NCBI GenBank assembly: GCA_963713045.1
Contig: CAVQKE010000004.1
Span: 1,088,001 to 1,152,000, forward strand
Direction: 5' to 3'
From: an uncultured delta proteobacterium
GTDB lineage: Bacteria > Myxococcota > Myxococcia > Myxococcales > Myxococcaceae
DNA: 64,000 nt
Shown here: positions 1 to 12,500 of the stretch, in pieces
Numbering within the stretch: the stretch's first letter is position 1
Layout: every line of letters starts with the position of its first letter
Notes under the pieces: generated by a model
Told to the model about the DNA's origin: nothing
Seen by the model: the letters and a program-made list of their open reading frames with translations, nothing else
Database searches by the model: none
Position numbers and translations under genes: made by a program

Positions 1-377
1 CCGGCATGTCCCACCACTTTCTCGTCGAGCACCACCAGCGCCAGGGCCATCACCAAGCTGACCATCAGCACCGGCCCATACAGCGTCCAGCGGGAGAAGC
101 CGAGGGCTTGGATGGCGGTCAGTTCGCCCTTGGAGCGGAGCACCGCCACCAGCGCCCCGGCGCCCAGCAGCAACGCCGCCGGAGCGAGCTGGTGACCGGC
201 CACCACCGCCTTGTAGCCGTACAGCACCAACACGTCGCGCATCCAATTCGGACCGGTGTAGGACTTGGCGCGGTCGACGAAGTCAGCGACCAAAAAGACG
301 GTGAGCACGCCGCCGAAGATGGTGGACGTCAGTCGCAGGTACATCCGGCAGAGGTGCCGAAAGAGAAGGCCCCTCAC
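1..377 (-). CDS. lptG: LPS export ABC transporter permease LptG (5' part, runs off the window)
   Basis: Manual translation from GTG at 377 (overlaps the lptF stop): MRGLLFRHLCRMYLRLTSTIFGGVLTVFLVADFVD...LRSKGELTAIQALG, the LptF/G ExxA motif; follows lptF. Confidence 0.85.
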   Translation of the reverse strand, partial: MRGLLFRHLCRMYLRLTSTIFGGVLTVFLVADFVDRAKSYTGPNWMRDVLVLYGYKAVVAGHQLAPAALLLGAGALVAVLRSKGELTAIQALGFSRWTLYGPVLMVSLVMALALVVLDEKVVGHA

Positions 378-1534
378 GCTGTCACCCCGCGCTCCTCGAG
401 CCACCACATGGCCACCAGCCCCGCCAGGCCAAAGAGGAGGTTGGGCCCCTGCCCCGCCACCAGCGCCGGCAGCCGCCCGGTACTGCCCCAATTCTCGAAG
501 CTGCGTTCCACCACGTAAAACAGGACGTAAAACCCCAAGCTCAGCATGTAGGCCAGCCCGCGGGCCCGACGCAGCCGCATCGCCAAAGGAACTGCCAGCA
601 GCGCGAAGGCCACCGGGGTCAGGCCCTGGGCCATTCGCACGTCGAAGGCAGTGAGGAAGGGCGCCGGGCTTTTCCCAGCAGCCCGGCTCTGCTGCGCGGC
701 GGCGAGCAACTCCCCAGGCGTCAGTTCCTCGATGGGGGAGCTCAGCTTGTTCTTCCGCAGAAGCGTGTCCTCCACCCCCACCGACAGCTCGCCGTGGTCG
801 AAGTTGAGCACCGCATAGTCCCCTCCAGTGCGTTCGGCGCGGTGCACTTCGCCTTCACGCAGCGCGACGGTCAGCGTCGAGCCGGCCCCCTCCGCGCTCA
901 CCAAGCCCTCGCGGGCCAGCACCAGGATGGGGGCCCGCGGGTCCCTTTCATCGTGCACCAGCACCTGCGTCCAGACACCGCGCTGGTTGTCCACGCCGCG
1001 AGCATAGAGGGTGAGGTCGGTGAGGTCCTCGTAGAAGACGCCCGGCTTCACGTCGCCCAGCACGTTGCGTTTGACGACTTGGCTGACAATCCGCTTCACC
1101 TGCTTGAGTCCCCACGGCTCGACAGTGGAGGACAACACCAGAATCAGGCCCCCCAGCGCCGCCGCCAGGGCGATGGGAACGCGCGCCACCTGCCACGGCG
1201 CGGAGCCGAGGGCGCCCAGAGCCAGAAGCTCACGGTCCTCGGCCATCCGCCCGAGGCCGAGAAGAATGGCCAAGAGAAGCCCCACCGGAAGCGCCATCAC
1301 CAGAAAGTGCGGCGCGAGGTTGGCTGCCAGCCGGCCATAGTCGTTCAGGGTGACGGCGCTGCCCAACAGCACGTCCGTCCCGCGCAGGAACTGCATCACG
1401 AAGAGCAGCAGAAACAGAAACGCCACCCACACCACCAGCGGACCCACCAATTCCCGCAGCACCGCCCGCACCAACAGCGGCAGCACCCTCCGGCTGTTGC
1501 CGGGCGACGTCTTGCGGCCAGCCGGCCCTGTCAC
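374..1534 (-). CDS. lptF: LPS export ABC transporter permease LptF
   Basis: LGRMAEDRELLALGALG motif; 3 TM, periplasmic domain (PGVFYED), 3 TM. Confidence 0.88.
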   Translation of the reverse strand: MTGPAGRKTSPGNSRRVLPLLVRAVLRELVGPLVVWVAFLFLLLFVMQFLRGTDVLLGSAVTLNDYGRLAANLAPHFLVMALPVGLLLAILLGLGRMAEDRELLALGALGSAPWQVARVPIALAAALGGLILVLSSTVEPWGLKQVKRIVSQVVKRNVLGDVKPGVFYEDLTDLTLYARGVDNQRGVWTQVLVHDERDPRAPILVLAREGLVSAEGAGSTLTVALREGEVHRAERTGGDYAVLNFDHGELSVGVEDTLLRKNKLSSPIEELTPGELLAAAQQSRAAGKSPAPFLTAFDVRMAQGLTPVAFALLAVPLAMRLRRARGLAYMLSLGFYVLFYVVERSFENWGSTGRLPALVAGQGPNLLFGLAGLVAMWWLEERGVTA

Positions 1535-2784
1535 CCGGCCCCTCCGGCGCGCAGGGCGCGCTCCCCAATGTCGTGGCGAAACAGCATCCCGTCAAAGTGA
1601 ATGCCGGCAATGGCCTGGTAAGCACAAGCCCGCGCGTCGGCCAATGACCGGCCCTGCGCACAAACGGTGAGGACGCGGCCTCCCGCCGTCACCAGCCGCC
1701 CGTCGACCAGTGCCGTCGCGGCGTGGAAGACGTGCGCTGCCTTCGACGGCTGCTCAGCGCCGGAAATGGGAAGCCCGGTCCGTGGATTTCCGGGGTAGCC
1801 AGCGCTGGCCAGCACCACCCCCACCGCGGCGCCACGAGCGACGGCGAGTGGGCGCGGGCGCAGCGTTCCGGTGGCGCAGGCGTACAGCAACGGCAGAAGG
1901 TCCTCGGCGAGCTGCAGCACCAGGACCTGCGCCTCTGGGTCCCCGAAGCGCGCGTTGAATTCCAGGACCCGTGGCCCCTCCTCGGTCAGCATCAGGCCGG
2001 CATACAGCGCCCCCCGGAAGGGGTGTCCCCGGCGCGCCATCTCGCGCAACACCGGGGCAATGACGGTGGCACCGATGGCGTCCAGGGCCACACCGCGCAG
2101 CGGCCCCGGGCAAACGGCCCCCATGCCTCCGGTATTGGGCCCCAAGTCGCCGTCCAACAGCCGCTTGTGGTCCTGAGCCGGCGGCAGCAGGACGAAGCGT
2201 TCCCCGTCGGCGAGGGCGATGACCGACACTTCCTCGCCGTCCAGCACGTCTTCCAGCAAAAACCCCGTGCCCAGCCGGGACAGCTCGCGAATGGCAGCCA
2301 CCGCTTCCTGAGCGGAGCTGGCCACCACCACCCCCTTTCCGGCCGCCAGGCCTTCGGCCTTCACCACCAGCCGACCTCGGGTGCGTGCGTAGACTTCGGC
2401 GGCCTGCGCGTCCTCGAAGCTGCGGTGGGCGGCGGTGGCCACCTGGGCAGCCTTCATGACGTCCTTGGCAAAGGCCTTGCTCGACTCGAGGCGTGCCGCG
2501 GCGGCGTCGGGGCCGAAGACGGCGATTCCCGCCTGCCGCAGGGCGTCCGCCACACCGCGGCTGAGGGGCACCTCCGGGCCCACCACCACCAAGTCCGCCC
2601 GCATGGCGCGGGCGAGTGCCGTCACGGCCTCTGGGTCCTCCGCCACCACCGGCCGGTTCTCTGCCACCAAGGCCATGCCGGGGTTGCCGGGCGCACACAC
2701 CAGGTGCTTCAGGGCGGAACTCTGCGCAAGTTTCCACGCCAGCGCGTGCTCGCGTCCACCGCTGCCGACAACCAGGACGCGCAT
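1531..2784 (-). CDS. purD: Phosphoribosylamine-glycine ligase
   Basis: [39 protein letters not shown] motifs. Confidence 0.98.
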   Translation of the reverse strand: MRVLVVGSGGREHALAWKLAQSSALKHLVCAPGNPGMALVAENRPVVAEDPEAVTALARAMRADLVVVGPEVPLSRGVADALRQAGIAVFGPDAAAARLESSKAFAKDVMKAAQVATAAHRSFEDAQAAEVYARTRGRLVVKAEGLAAGKGVVVASSAQEAVAAIRELSRLGTGFLLEDVLDGEEVSVIALADGERFVLLPPAQDHKRLLDGDLGPNTGGMGAVCPGPLRGVALDAIGATVIAPVLREMARRGHPFRGALYAGLMLTEEGPRVLEFNARFGDPEAQVLVLQLAEDLLPLLYACATGTLRPRPLAVARGAAVGVVLASAGYPGNPRTGLPISGAEQPSKAAHVFHAATALVDGRLVTAGGRVLTVCAQGRSLADARACAYQAIAGIHFDGMLFRHDIGERALRAGGAG

Positions 2785-5489
2785 CAGTCCTCCTTGGGGA
2801 GAAGGTACAGGGCCCGCTTGGCGGACGCGTAGCTGGGGTCGAGGTGCACCACCTTGCGCAGGCGCTCGCGTGCCACACCGACGGCGCCGGCCCGCACTTC
2901 GGCCTCGGCCAGCTTCACCTGGGCCGCCAGCAGTCCTGGCGCCAGCTGGGTCACTTCCCGCAGCCAGCGCCGGGCGCCCTCCAGGTCACCGGCGGCCAAA
3001 GCGGCGACGCCGGCGGCGTACTGCACCAGCGGGAGGGAACGCCCCCTGGCTTGAGCCAGCTGCGCAGCGGCCACCGCGGCTTTCACGTCCGAGCGCTCGA
3101 GCAGCACCAGCGCTCGCCAGGCCAGGGCCTGGGGGTGGGCGGCGTCCAGGCTGAGAGCCCGCACCAGCGCGGCGTCGGCGCCCGCCCAGTCCCGGCGGTG
3201 GAAGCGCAGGACCGCCAGGCCCACCAGCGCGTTGGGGTCCGCGCCTTGGGCCAGCAGCACCAGCGGCGGCTCGGCGCCGCGCAGCGACTCCTCTGGGCGA
3301 AGCGACAACTCGGAGAGGGGGCTGAAGGGGCCAGCCCGGGTGGGGTCGGCTTCCATCGCAGCGGCGAGCGAGGCCAGCGCCTCGCCCCGGCTGGGGACAC
3401 TCGCTTGGGCCGCGGCGCTCCACAACAGCGCGTCGATGCGGCGCGGGTCGGCGACGGCGGTTTTTGCAAACACCTCGGCGGCTGCCGCCGGTTGTGTCTG
3501 GGCCATCCTCACCCGTCCCTCCACCACCCCTTCGAGGCCAACATCGTCCAGGTGTCCCATCACCTGGGGAAGGTGCTGGGCGGCGCCGGCGCCATCGCCG
3601 CGGTCCAGCGCCAACAGCAGGAGCTGCAGGTGGGCACCGGCGTCGGTGCCCTGCAGCGCCAGCGCTGCCCGAGCCGCAGAACCGGCTGCCTCGGCGTCGC
3701 CCGAAGCCCGTGCGGCCGCCGCCAACAGCGTGTCGGCGCGGACCCGCGACGCCGCCGTCAGGCGGTCGCGTTTCAAGGCCGCGCGCAGCAGCTGCGTTGC
3801 GTCCTTTGGACGGCCCTGCAGCGTGTCGAGGGCGGCGAGGGCGAGCAGCGCCGGGCCATCCTCGGTGCGGGGGTCGGCCTGCAGCCTCTCAAACAGGCGG
3901 CGCGCTTGCTCCGGCTCTCCCACCTCGACCAGCAGCCGGCCCGTGCCAAAGAGGCTGCCGGCGTGGTCCGGTTCGAGGGCCAGCCGGGCCTGCAGGGCGG
4001 CCAGCGCCTCGCGCGGCTGGCCGTTGGCAGCGAAGGCCTCGGCGCGCAACAGAGGAATGCGGCGCTGACTCGGGTCGGCTTGCTCGGCCTTTTGCAGTTC
4101 GGTCAGCGCCAAGTCGGCCGAGGTGCGGACGTAGGTGCGCGCCAGCACGCGGTGGCCCTGGGCCAGAGTGCCACCCTCCGCCGCGACCGCCTCCTGGGCC
4201 AACGCCCGGGCGCGCGACTCTGCCCCCGGCTCAGCCCTCACGAGCAACAGCTCGGCCAGCCCGAGGAGCACCGCCGGCGAACGTCCACTGGTGCCGGCCG
4301 CACTCTCCGCCAGCTGCAGAAGGGAGGAGGCCTCGGCGCTGTCCAGCGTCGCGCCCCGACCCAAGGCGACCGCCGTCAGCCAGGCCCCCAACAAGTCACC
4401 GTCGCGCGGCGCGTCCACCAGCGCCCCTTCAAGACGCTTCTCCGCTGCGGCGTAGGCTGCCGGCTGGTCGAGGGCCAGCTCGCGCTGGGCGTCCACCAGT
4501 GCTTCCTTTGCCCCTTCTCCCGGGCCGGACTTGGCCGCGCGCCAGCGGGCGAGCCGCGCCTCGAGACCGGTCGGCAGCGGCCCAGGCGGCGCGGTGCGCT
4601 TCGGCGGCCGCACCGGCAAGGGCACCCGAAGCGAGGCGCTTCCCCGCGCGTACAGCCAAACCGTCGCTGCGATGCCAAGCAGTAGGACGGCGGCGAGAGC
4701 CACCAGCGCCTTCCACCGTCCCCGGCGGAGGGTGGCGGCCGGCCGCGGCGCCGGCGGCGTCCGGCGCGGGGGAGACGTCCGGCGCTGAAAGGGTGAAGTG
4801 TCCACCACCGGCGGCGGCGCGGCGACTGGAGGTGGGGCCAGCTGGGCCGCGGCGGTGGTGCGGCAGGGCGTGCACACTCCACTGGCCACGTCCTCCAGTC
4901 CTGGCAACTCGCCCCCGCAGCTGGCACACGAGGCTTCGGGCAGCGCTTCCTCGTCCTCGGCGCCCCCAGCCGGCTCCGACGTGAAGAGGTCCGCCGCGGG
5001 GAAGCTGGGGGGCTTGTGCGCGGCGTCCAGGAAGGGCGGCGAAAGCGGCGGCGGCTCAGGCGGCGCAGGCGGAGGAGAATTCGCCGATGGCTGGAGCTGC
5101 AGGACCGAGGCGGCCTCGGCCGCTTCGGTGTCACTCCAAGCCAATTCGCCGAAAAGCTCGGCCCGCGCCTCTGGCCCTTCCGTTTGCAGTGCCTCAGGGG
5201 GAGGAGCCGGGGGCCGGGCCACCATTCTGGTGGTCAGCGTGACCCGCGCCACCTGACTGCGGGCCGGCCCTTCCGGGTCCACCTCCCGCCCCACCACCGG
5301 GGGACGGCTGACGGAAATGGGGTTGGCCATCTCCCGGGCGCGCGTCGCGGGGTTGGCCCGGGGGTCCGGCGGAGGCGGGACGTACTGGATGTTTTTGCAG
5401 CGGGGGCATTGGGACCGCACCCCGCGCGGCGTCATCGCCCCGTCGTCGATGAGGTAGACCGCCGCGCAACTCTCGCAAGCCAGGCGCAT
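2784..5489 (-). CDS. Zinc-ribbon (MJ0042-like finger), Pro-rich linker, TM and TPR-repeat protein
   Basis: N-terminal CxxC..CxxC, second CxxC..CxxC, TM ([21 protein letters not shown]), long Ala/Leu-rich TPR-like C-terminus. Confidence 0.8.
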   Translation of the reverse strand: MRLACESCAAVYLIDDGAMTPRGVRSQCPRCKNIQYVPPPPDPRANPATRAREMANPISVSRPPVVGREVDPEGPARSQVARVTLTTRMVARPPAPPPEALQTEGPEARAELFGELAWSDTEAAEAASVLQLQPSANSPPPAPPEPPPLSPPFLDAAHKPPSFPAADLFTSEPAGGAEDEEALPEASCASCGGELPGLEDVASGVCTPCRTTAAAQLAPPPVAAPPPVVDTSPFQRRTSPPRRTPPAPRPAATLRRGRWKALVALAAVLLLGIAATVWLYARGSASLRVPLPVRPPKRTAPPGPLPTGLEARLARWRAAKSGPGEGAKEALVDAQRELALDQPAAYAAAEKRLEGALVDAPRDGDLLGAWLTAVALGRGATLDSAEASSLLQLAESAAGTSGRSPAVLLGLAELLLVRAEPGAESRARALAQEAVAAEGGTLAQGHRVLARTYVRTSADLALTELQKAEQADPSQRRIPLLRAEAFAANGQPREALAALQARLALEPDHAGSLFGTGRLLVEVGEPEQARRLFERLQADPRTEDGPALLALAALDTLQGRPKDATQLLRAALKRDRLTAASRVRADTLLAAAARASGDAEAAGSAARAALALQGTDAGAHLQLLLLALDRGDGAGAAQHLPQVMGHLDDVGLEGVVEGRVRMAQTQPAAAAEVFAKTAVADPRRIDALLWSAAAQASVPSRGEALASLAAAMEADPTRAGPFSPLSELSLRPEESLRGAEPPLVLLAQGADPNALVGLAVLRFHRRDWAGADAALVRALSLDAAHPQALAWRALVLLERSDVKAAVAAAQLAQARGRSLPLVQYAAGVAALAAGDLEGARRWLREVTQLAPGLLAAQVKLAEAEVRAGAVGVARERLRKVVHLDPSYASAKRALYLLPKED

Positions 5490-5503
5490 TTCGGGCAGAC
5501 GGC

Positions 5504-7054
5504 TCAGTGCCGGAAGTGCCGGACCCCGGTGAAAACCATCGCCAGCCCGTGCGCGTCGGCGGCGGCGATGACTTCGGCGTCCCGCAGCGAGCCACCGGGT
5601 TGGATGACGGCCGTCGCACCGGCACGGGCCACTTCATCCAGGCCATCCCGGAAAGGGAAGAAGGCATCGGAGGCCACCACGCTGCCGCGCAGCGCCTCGC
5701 CCCCACGCGCCGCGGCGATTTTGGCCGACTCGACGCGGCTGGTTTGTCCGCCGCCCGCGGCGAGAAGCCGGTCGGCGGTGGAAAAGACGATGGCGTTGCT
5801 CTTGACGTGTTTGCACACCCGCCAGGCAAACCGCAGTGCTGCCTCCTCGGCTTGAGTGGGGGCCCTTTGGGTGACGACTTTCCAGGCCAGCTCAGGTTCC
5901 ACCGCATCGCGGTCCTGCACCAACAGGCCCCCGGAGACGCTGCGCAATTCCTGGGAAGCCACCGGGCGCGCCGCTGCGGGCCAGGCCTGGGCCTGCAGAA
6001 GCCGGAGGTTCTTCTTGACGGCGAGAATTTCCCGCGCCGCGGCGCTGTAGGACGGCGCGATGACCGCTTCCAGAAACGTCTCGGCCAGCGCGCGGGCCAC
6101 CGGGGCGTCCACCTCCCGGTTGAGGGCGACAATGCCGCCGAAGGCGGAGACTTCATCGATGGCGCGCGCCGTCCGGTAGGCCGTTTCCAGGACGTCGGAG
6201 AGGGCCACGCCGCAGGGGGTGTTGTGCTTGATGATGACCGCCGCCGGGCGCTCGGGAAATTCCAAGGCCAGCGCCAGCGCCGCGTCCAGGTCGAGCAAGT
6301 TGTTGTAGGAGAGCTCCTTGCCCTGCAGCACCTCGGCGAAGCCCAAGGAAGGCGCCTGGGGCGCCTGGTAAGCGCGGTAGAACGCGGCGCGCTGGTGCGG
6401 GTTTTCTCCGTAGCGCAAGTCGAACCCCTTGCGAAAGGAGGCAGTTAACTCGGCCGGAAAGGCCTCCGAGGCGCGCGCCTGCAGGTAGGCGGAGATGGAG
6501 GCGTCGTAGGCAGCAGTGTGCGCGAAGGCCTTGCGGACCAGCCGCGCCCGCGTGGCGGCGGTGGCGCCGCCCGAACGCAGCTCCCGCAAGAGGTCTGGGT
6601 AGTCGTCCGGGTCCACCACCACGCTGACCCGGGCGCCATTCTTCGCCGCGGCGCGCACCAGCGCCGGACCGCCGATGTCGATGTTTTCGATGACTTCTTC
6701 CTCGGTTGCCCCGGCGGCCACCGTCTGCCGGAAGGGGTAGAGGTTGACCGCCAGGACGGAGATGGGCCGAATGGCTTGGGCCTCCATCTCGGCGCGGTCG
6801 ACCGACAGCTCTGGCCGGCCGAGGAGGCCGCCGTGGATTTTCGGGTGCAGGGTCTTCACCCGCCCACCGAGAATTTCTGGGCTGCCGGTGTATTCAGAGA
6901 CTTTGGTGGCCGCCAGACCAGCCGCTTGGAGGGCCTGGAGCGTGCCGCCGGTGCTGAGAATCTGGAAGCCGAGCTCAAGAAGCCCAGCCGCGAACGGAAC
7001 CAGTCCGCGCTTGTCGGAAACACTGAGGAGGGCCAGCAAGGGCAGTCCTGCCAA
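5504..7054 (-). CDS. purH: Bifunctional AICAR transformylase/IMP cyclohydrolase
   Basis: [43 protein letters not shown]. Confidence 0.98.
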   Translation of the reverse strand: MAGLPLLALLSVSDKRGLVPFAAGLLELGFQILSTGGTLQALQAAGLAATKVSEYTGSPEILGGRVKTLHPKIHGGLLGRPELSVDRAEMEAQAIRPISVLAVNLYPFRQTVAAGATEEEVIENIDIGGPALVRAAAKNGARVSVVVDPDDYPDLLRELRSGGATAATRARLVRKAFAHTAAYDASISAYLQARASEAFPAELTASFRKGFDLRYGENPHQRAAFYRAYQAPQAPSLGFAEVLQGKELSYNNLLDLDAALALALEFPERPAAVIIKHNTPCGVALSDVLETAYRTARAIDEVSAFGGIVALNREVDAPVARALAETFLEAVIAPSYSAAAREILAVKKNLRLLQAQAWPAAARPVASQELRSVSGGLLVQDRDAVEPELAWKVVTQRAPTQAEEAALRFAWRVCKHVKSNAIVFSTADRLLAAGGGQTSRVESAKIAAARGGEALRGSVVASDAFFPFRDGLDEVARAGATAVIQPGGSLRDAEVIAAADAHGLAMVFTGVRHFRH

Positions 7055-7170
7055 TGGGAGGGGACTGTGGAGGTCTAAACCATTGGGCGCCGGGGAGTGT
7101 CAACGAGGGCATGATGCCGGGGGTCGCCACCACCCCGGTGCCAAGGCCGGTTTGCCGGGGCGGCGCAGAG

Positions 7171-7635
7171 TCACTCCTCGGTGGCTTCGCGCAGCTTGGC
7201 CAGACCGCGCGTCTCCACCTGGCGGATGCGTTCGCGGGTGAGATTCATGATGGCGCCCACTTCCTCCAGGGTGATGCCACCCTTTTCGGCGACGTCCAGG
7301 GCGCAGGTGTGCTCCAGCTCCCAAATTTCTTTGTCCGGGAAGTTGAGCTTGATGGAGCCAGTCTCCGGGTTCACATCCAGGTAGAGGTTGTGCTTGCACG
7401 AGACGAAGAGGCAGGGCCGCGGCCCGTTGACGCACTCGGCCCGCGTCCTGGGCCTCATCCCTTCGATGCTCTTGATGAGTTCTGCTTCCTCGGGTTCTAG
7501 CTCGCCGCCGAGTCGGCGGCGCCGAAGGTCCCGCGCCATCTGTTTTCGAGACATCGTCCGCGAGCGTTGCCGCTCGGGAGTGACTTCGACGGCGGGGATT
7601 GGTTCGGGCTCGGATTCTGCATTCGCTTCACTCAT
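7171..7635 (-). CDS. Cys-rich protein with sigma70 region-4 type HTH
   Basis: [20 protein letters not shown] is a sigma region 4 HTH; upstream C..GPRPC..VSCKH motif; GGAGGAGG RBS. Confidence 0.8.
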   Translation of the reverse strand: MSEANAESEPEPIPAVEVTPERQRSRTMSRKQMARDLRRRRLGGELEPEEAELIKSIEGMRPRTRAECVNGPRPCLFVSCKHNLYLDVNPETGSIKLNFPDKEIWELEHTCALDVAEKGGITLEEVGAIMNLTRERIRQVETRGLAKLREATEE

Positions 7636-7693
7636 GGCTTCCCTCCTCCAGCTTTCTTGAACGTCGGCGGCCGCCCACCCGAGGGCGGCCGGT

Positions 7694-8209
7694 TCAGCTC
7701 AACTCCTCCGCGGGCGCGCGTTGGGCAGTCAGCTCGCTGCCGAGGCGCGACAGGTCGCGCACCAAGCCCTCGGAGCGCCGCTGCAGCAGCTCCAGCTCGT
7801 TCTGCAGCTCGCGCTTGTGCGTCGAACCGAAGGGCCGCGACTCGAGCTCGGCCGACAGGCCGGCCAGCGTCTCGCCCAGGCCGCGCTGGACTTGGTCAAT
7901 GCCGTTCTTGAAGAAGACGAACGAGCGCTTGATGTCTTCCAGGGTGAGGCCGGCGGCCATCATCTTCTTGATGGCGTTGATGCGTCGGACGGACTCGACG
8001 GGGTAGACGCCGTGGCTGCCGCGGTGCTTGCCCTTGCGCCCCACCCGGCGGCTGCGGGGGAGAAGTCCGGCCTGGACGTATTTGCGGAAGGTGGCCTCGG
8101 ACAGGCGGACGCCGCGCGGTCGGAAGATTTCGAGAATCGTCCCGGCGGAAAGGCCACGGGCGTGATCTCGCTCGATGCGGGCGATCTCTGCTGGGCCCAA
8201 TAACTCCAT
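7694..8209 (-). CDS. MerR-like HTH transcriptional regulator
   Basis: [18 protein letters not shown]....[18 protein letters not shown] pattern and C-terminal coiled coil. Confidence 0.8.
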   Translation of the reverse strand: MELLGPAEIARIERDHARGLSAGTILEIFRPRGVRLSEATFRKYVQAGLLPRSRRVGRKGKHRGSHGVYPVESVRRINAIKKMMAAGLTLEDIKRSFVFFKNGIDQVQRGLGETLAGLSAELESRPFGSTHKRELQNELELLQRRSEGLVRDLSRLGSELTAQRAPAEELS

Positions 8210-8281
8210 TCAGTACCGCCGTTTCAATAGAGACAACTGAATGTACTCCATTAAATAACTTAGCGAGAAGGGAGACGTCAA
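8199..8281 (-). promoter_or_regulatory. AT-rich promoter/operator of the MerR-like gene
   Basis: Minus-strand TTGACG at 8281-8276; 8-bp inverted repeat CATTCAGT (8207-8214)/ACTGAATG (8236-8243). Confidence 0.5.
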
Positions 8282-8310
8282 GGGAGGGCGGTCCTCAGGG
8301 GATCAGGCGT

Positions 8311-8595
8311 TCAGCGCGGGAGGCGACTCCAACGCGGGCCAGTGCCGGTCCTGCGCTGCTCGGCCGCTGGCGCGTGCCGGCCGCGCCACTGGCGTTCGGC
8401 CTGCGGACCCAACTGCGAAAAAGCACCGTTCAGGGGGCACCCCTCCAGCCCCAACCCGGTGCCTTCACCAAAGAGGAGAAGCACCCTCTCCACTTGGAAG
8501 TGGATGCTGTGGGCGTGGCCTGCAGCCGGCTTCCGCAACCGGAGGTCGGCCGTCGCCCCCGCCAACAACCGAAGTCCGAGGCGTCCGTCGCCCAT
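8311..8595 (-). CDS. Hypothetical small protein
   Basis: ATG at 8595 preceded by a purine-rich GGAAAGGAAGGAAGA; no recognisable motif. Confidence 0.3.
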   Translation of the reverse strand: MGDGRLGLRLLAGATADLRLRKPAAGHAHSIHFQVERVLLLFGEGTGLGLEGCPLNGAFSQLGPQAERQWRGRHAPAAEQRRTGTGPRWSRLPR

Positions 8596-8778
8596 TCTTC
8601 CTTCCTTTCCGAGTGATGTAGGCCTAGATGCTACCTGCGGCACCGGCGGCCGCAACAAAGCGGCGGCCAGGCGCTTTCCGGGAGGGTACCGGGCCACACC
8701 GGCCGGCTATGCTGGCCAGGCCGGGTGCGGTGACACGGGGCGGCCAACCAAGCGCCCGGAGCTCCTCTGGAGGACTGC

Positions 8779-9294
8779 TTGCACACACGGGTGGGCGCTT
8801 CACGCCGGGCGGGGGTAGCGCGGTGGGCGGCGGTGGGGCTGTTGGGCTTCGGCCTTGGGTGCGCCGGCGGGGGCGGCCGCGCTGGCCGGCCCACTGCCGC
8901 GCCGGACTTCGTCAAGACGGCCGGCCCCTGCTGGGTGGGCGGCCGCATCAGCCTCGACCCGGCACTGTTCCCCACCAACCCCGATGATGAGTTGGCCTCC
9001 CTCTCCTGCGAAAACCTGGTGGTGGTGCAGAAGAGCGAGGACGGCAGCACCAAACTCATCCACGCCGACGGCGTCTTCGCCCAGGGCTACGGCGAATGCC
9101 GGTACCAATTCACCGACGTGCCGCCAGGCACCTCCAGCTATTCGGGCCGCGTGGTGGCCCTCAGCGTCCCGGAATCCCGCTACGCCCTCACCTCGGCCGT
9201 GGAATTCAACGCCGTGCGCTGCGGCGGCTCGCTGGCCTCGCTCAACCAGCAGCTCGACTTCGTTCTCACCATCCCCGACGTCCGCGGCCGCTGA
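8779..9294 (+). CDS. Hypothetical lipoprotein
   Basis: Hydrophobic stretch with LGLGC-type lipobox (FGLGC); strong GC3 codon bias; start uncertain. Confidence 0.65.
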   Translation: MHTRVGASRRAGVARWAAVGLLGFGLGCAGGGGRAGRPTAAPDFVKTAGPCWVGGRISLDPALFPTNPDDELASLSCENLVVVQKSEDGSTKLIHADGVFAQGYGECRYQFTDVPPGTSSYSGRVVALSVPESRYALTSAVEFNAVRCGGSLASLNQQLDFVLTIPDVRGR

Positions 9295-9535
9295 ATCCCC
9301 ACAGCGCCCAAGCACGCTGTTGGCCACCTTCGGCGCCTCGTGGCCAAAACCGAAGGCCGCAGCAACGTTGGTGTCCGGGGCGCATTCAGGCCGCAGCGAG
9401 TGCCGCCGGGGCGAGCAGGCCCGAGCGGTCAGGGCCCACGCCCCCCCCACCGGCGTCCACCGACCCCACCCGCCCACGCCCCGCGTTGAAACCGGGGCCG
9501 GCGCGCGGGCCAGAGTCGCGGCCCCCGGGCGGCCT

Positions 9536-12500
9536 TCATCGCCCGGAACGCCAGGCCGCCGGTATCAGCCAGTAGAGCGCCCCGTTGAGGTCGGCCACCG
9601 TCAGCGCGAGGAAGGGCGTCTGCCAGCCGGAGGGGGTGATGCTTCGGAAGCCAAGAGAGATGCCGAAGCGGTCCTGGAGAAACGCCACGTCGACTTCAAG
9701 ACCCCAGGGGTAGGCGTTGGAGCCCGTCCAGTAGACCGACCAGCGAGGACCGACGCCGAGACTGATGCCGGCGAGATGGCCCGTCGCCCGCACGCCCAGC
9801 GTCGTCGCGGTGCGGCTGGGACTGAATTGAAGGTCCACCAGCTGAATCGTCGAGTCGAGGGAGAACCAGCGGGCGAGCCACAGCTCGGGCTCAATCCAGC
9901 TCAGCGCCAAGCCACCCCCCACGATGTCCACTGCCACCCGGTAGGGAACCAGGTGGGCGAGCACAATCGGCAGATAGGAGCCATCGGCCAACGGCTCCGA
10001 AGGAATCGTCGAGGGGTCGAGTACGAAACGCACGCCCGTCTCGTAGCTTTGCGCGCGGGTCAGCAGTTCGGTGGCACCGATGCTGAGATTCACCATTCCT
10101 TCTGTCCCGCTGGACTCGCCGCTGGGGAGCTGAATCTCGACGGTGGCCGCGCGGTCCACCGCCCGCTTGAGGGTCCCGGTGAACCACCTCCGCCGGCTCT
10201 CCAGGGCGGTGCGCATGCCGTCCGACTCGGGCACGTAACCCTGGGCCACCAGACCGTCCATGAAGCCGTCGAAGGAAAGCTCGCCGAAGCACAGCTTTTC
10301 GGCCGCGCCCTGCTCGCAGGCAGTGGGCTGACTGAGCAGCACTTCCAACACCTTCCCCACCGAGCCTTGGGAGTTGAGCACCGGGGGCACCGCTCCCAGC
10401 CAGCTCCAGCCGGACGTCCGTGCAAGACGCTCGGCCTCGGCGCTGCTGCCCAGCCAGGCGGCCAACTCGCGGCGTGCCAGCGTCTTCACCACAACGCTGG
10501 CCTTCGGCGAGTCAAACAGCCCGAGCCACCGCGCCGCCACCCCCATCGCCGCGCCGAGGCACAACTGGGTGTCCTCCTGGGTCAAGTCCAGCTCCCCGGT
10601 TCTGTCCTGCTTGCGCACCGGCGCCGGGCGAGCCGTCTCGTAAGGGTCCTGCAGGTCGCAGAAGTGCACCGCCGCCTCGTGAAGCCCGTCGTAGACGCCG
10701 ATGTAGTAGTCCGCCTCGCGCAGCGGGCGATCGAGAAAGCCGCCGAAGTCGGCCAGCTGGCTGCCCGCCAGTGGGCTGAAGCGGGTGGTGAGGACCAGCC
10801 GGCGCTCGCCGCTCGTCTCGTGTTCCAGTTCCGTCGCGTCCTGGGCCGCCTCGACGCTTTCGGCAGACAGCGTCCCAAGCCGCGCCCGAAGCTGCACCAG
10901 CCGCTCCAGCCGCCTCCAGGCCAAACGCGCCGCCTCGGCCAATTCTTCGGCCTTTGCTGCATGCAGGGCCTCCAAAAGGGGCTGAAGCGCTTGCACCGAA
11001 AAGGGCTGGGTGTCCGGGAGCTCAGCCAACTCGGCCAACGCCTTGGCAGCTGCCACCCCCACCCGAAGCGGGATGTTTTGGGCTGCCAGCACGCGCAACT
11101 GCGCGACCACCAGCGCGTTCGCCAGCCGGTTGATTTGCTCGGCCCGGGACCGCGCCTGTGCGACATACTGGAGGAGCGTCGTCCGGAGCCGCCGCAGCGC
11201 CTCTTCACTCAGCGTGCCGTGCGTCATCCGGGGCAACTCGTCGGTGAGGAGGTCCACCGCGGCCGCTGAAACCTCGGCCCGCGCGGTGTCGTAGCCCGCC
11301 ACCTGAAGGCGCTCGGCAGCGGTTGCGGTGCGACTGCGCAGCACTGCCTCCTCCATCCGGAGGCGGGGGTTGGCTTGTCCGGCGAAGGCCGACAGCATGT
11401 CGGCCATCCGAATCAGCTCCACGTCCGACAGGGGGGTGTCGGCCTTGGCCAATTGAACTGGGTCCGTCGCCAGAGGGTCCACGCCCGGAATTTCCCGAGC
11501 GGCAGCGGCACAGGCCTCCTGCAGCGCGGGCGCGCCCATCGCGGTGTCGCCACCCAGCCGCTGCAGGCAGCTGTACAACGTCCGACTCAGGCGAATGCGC
11601 GCTTTCAGCGGTCCGCGAAACACCGGCGGTGGAGCAACTTCGGTGGGCTCACCGTCGAGGTCCATCAAGTGCAGCTGCGCCGAGGCGCTCTCGGTGAGCA
11701 GTTGCGCTTCGCGCCACAGGAGGCCGCGGGTGGTGAGGTTCCACTGTTTTGAACCAACCGACTCGGTCAGCTGGCGTTGGCGCGCGGTCCCCACCAAGGT
11801 GAAGAAGAGGTCGACCGAACCACTGATGCCCCGGCCAGTGTGCTCCACTGGGTCCTGCTTGGCAGGGGGCTTGAGCCGACGGGTGTCCGGGTCCATGAAG
11901 AGCGCCGTCAGCGGCCGGAGGAGCCGCCAGCGGGCGAAGGCAGAGGCCTGCTCAACCGCCAGCCCGACGGGAGCATTGTCGAAGACGCCGCCGTCCACGA
12001 AATAGCTCTGACATAGGGACATCTCGCGGCCGCTGGCGGCGGTGGCATAGGCCGAGCAGGTGAGTCCATTCAGAGGGTGCTGGGCGTCCGGGCCGGGGCA
12101 ACTCCAGCCGCTGACTTCGGCGCCTTCGCCGCAGTGGACCAGGCACTCGCACAGCGGCCGGGGTCCAAAGGCCATTGGGAAGGCGGCCGATGCCAACAGC
12201 GCCTGCATCAGAGTGTCCGGCGAAGTCAACGTCTGGCTCCCGTCGCTCGAGTCGGCCAGCTTCAGCAGGCTGTCGGTGGCGTTGCGGCCACTCAGCTCCT
12301 GCCGGTGCAGGCGCACTTGGCCTGCTTCGTCCACTTCGAAGAGCAGCGGAAACACCGCGCGCTGCACCGGAAGCGAGAGGCCCGAAACGTCCAGCTTTTC
12401 GGGCGTCACCCGCGTCACGGTAAACCCCACCGGGAGGCGGCACCCCGCTTCGAAGCGCATGCCTCCCGGCGTGAACAAGCGCTCGCGGATGCGGTTCACA

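Noticed and set aside
2616..4685. Long antisense or alternative-frame ORFs (also 8855-11269, 14855-16765, 30373-32793)
   Set aside because: Shadow ORFs of real high-GC genes; no motifs
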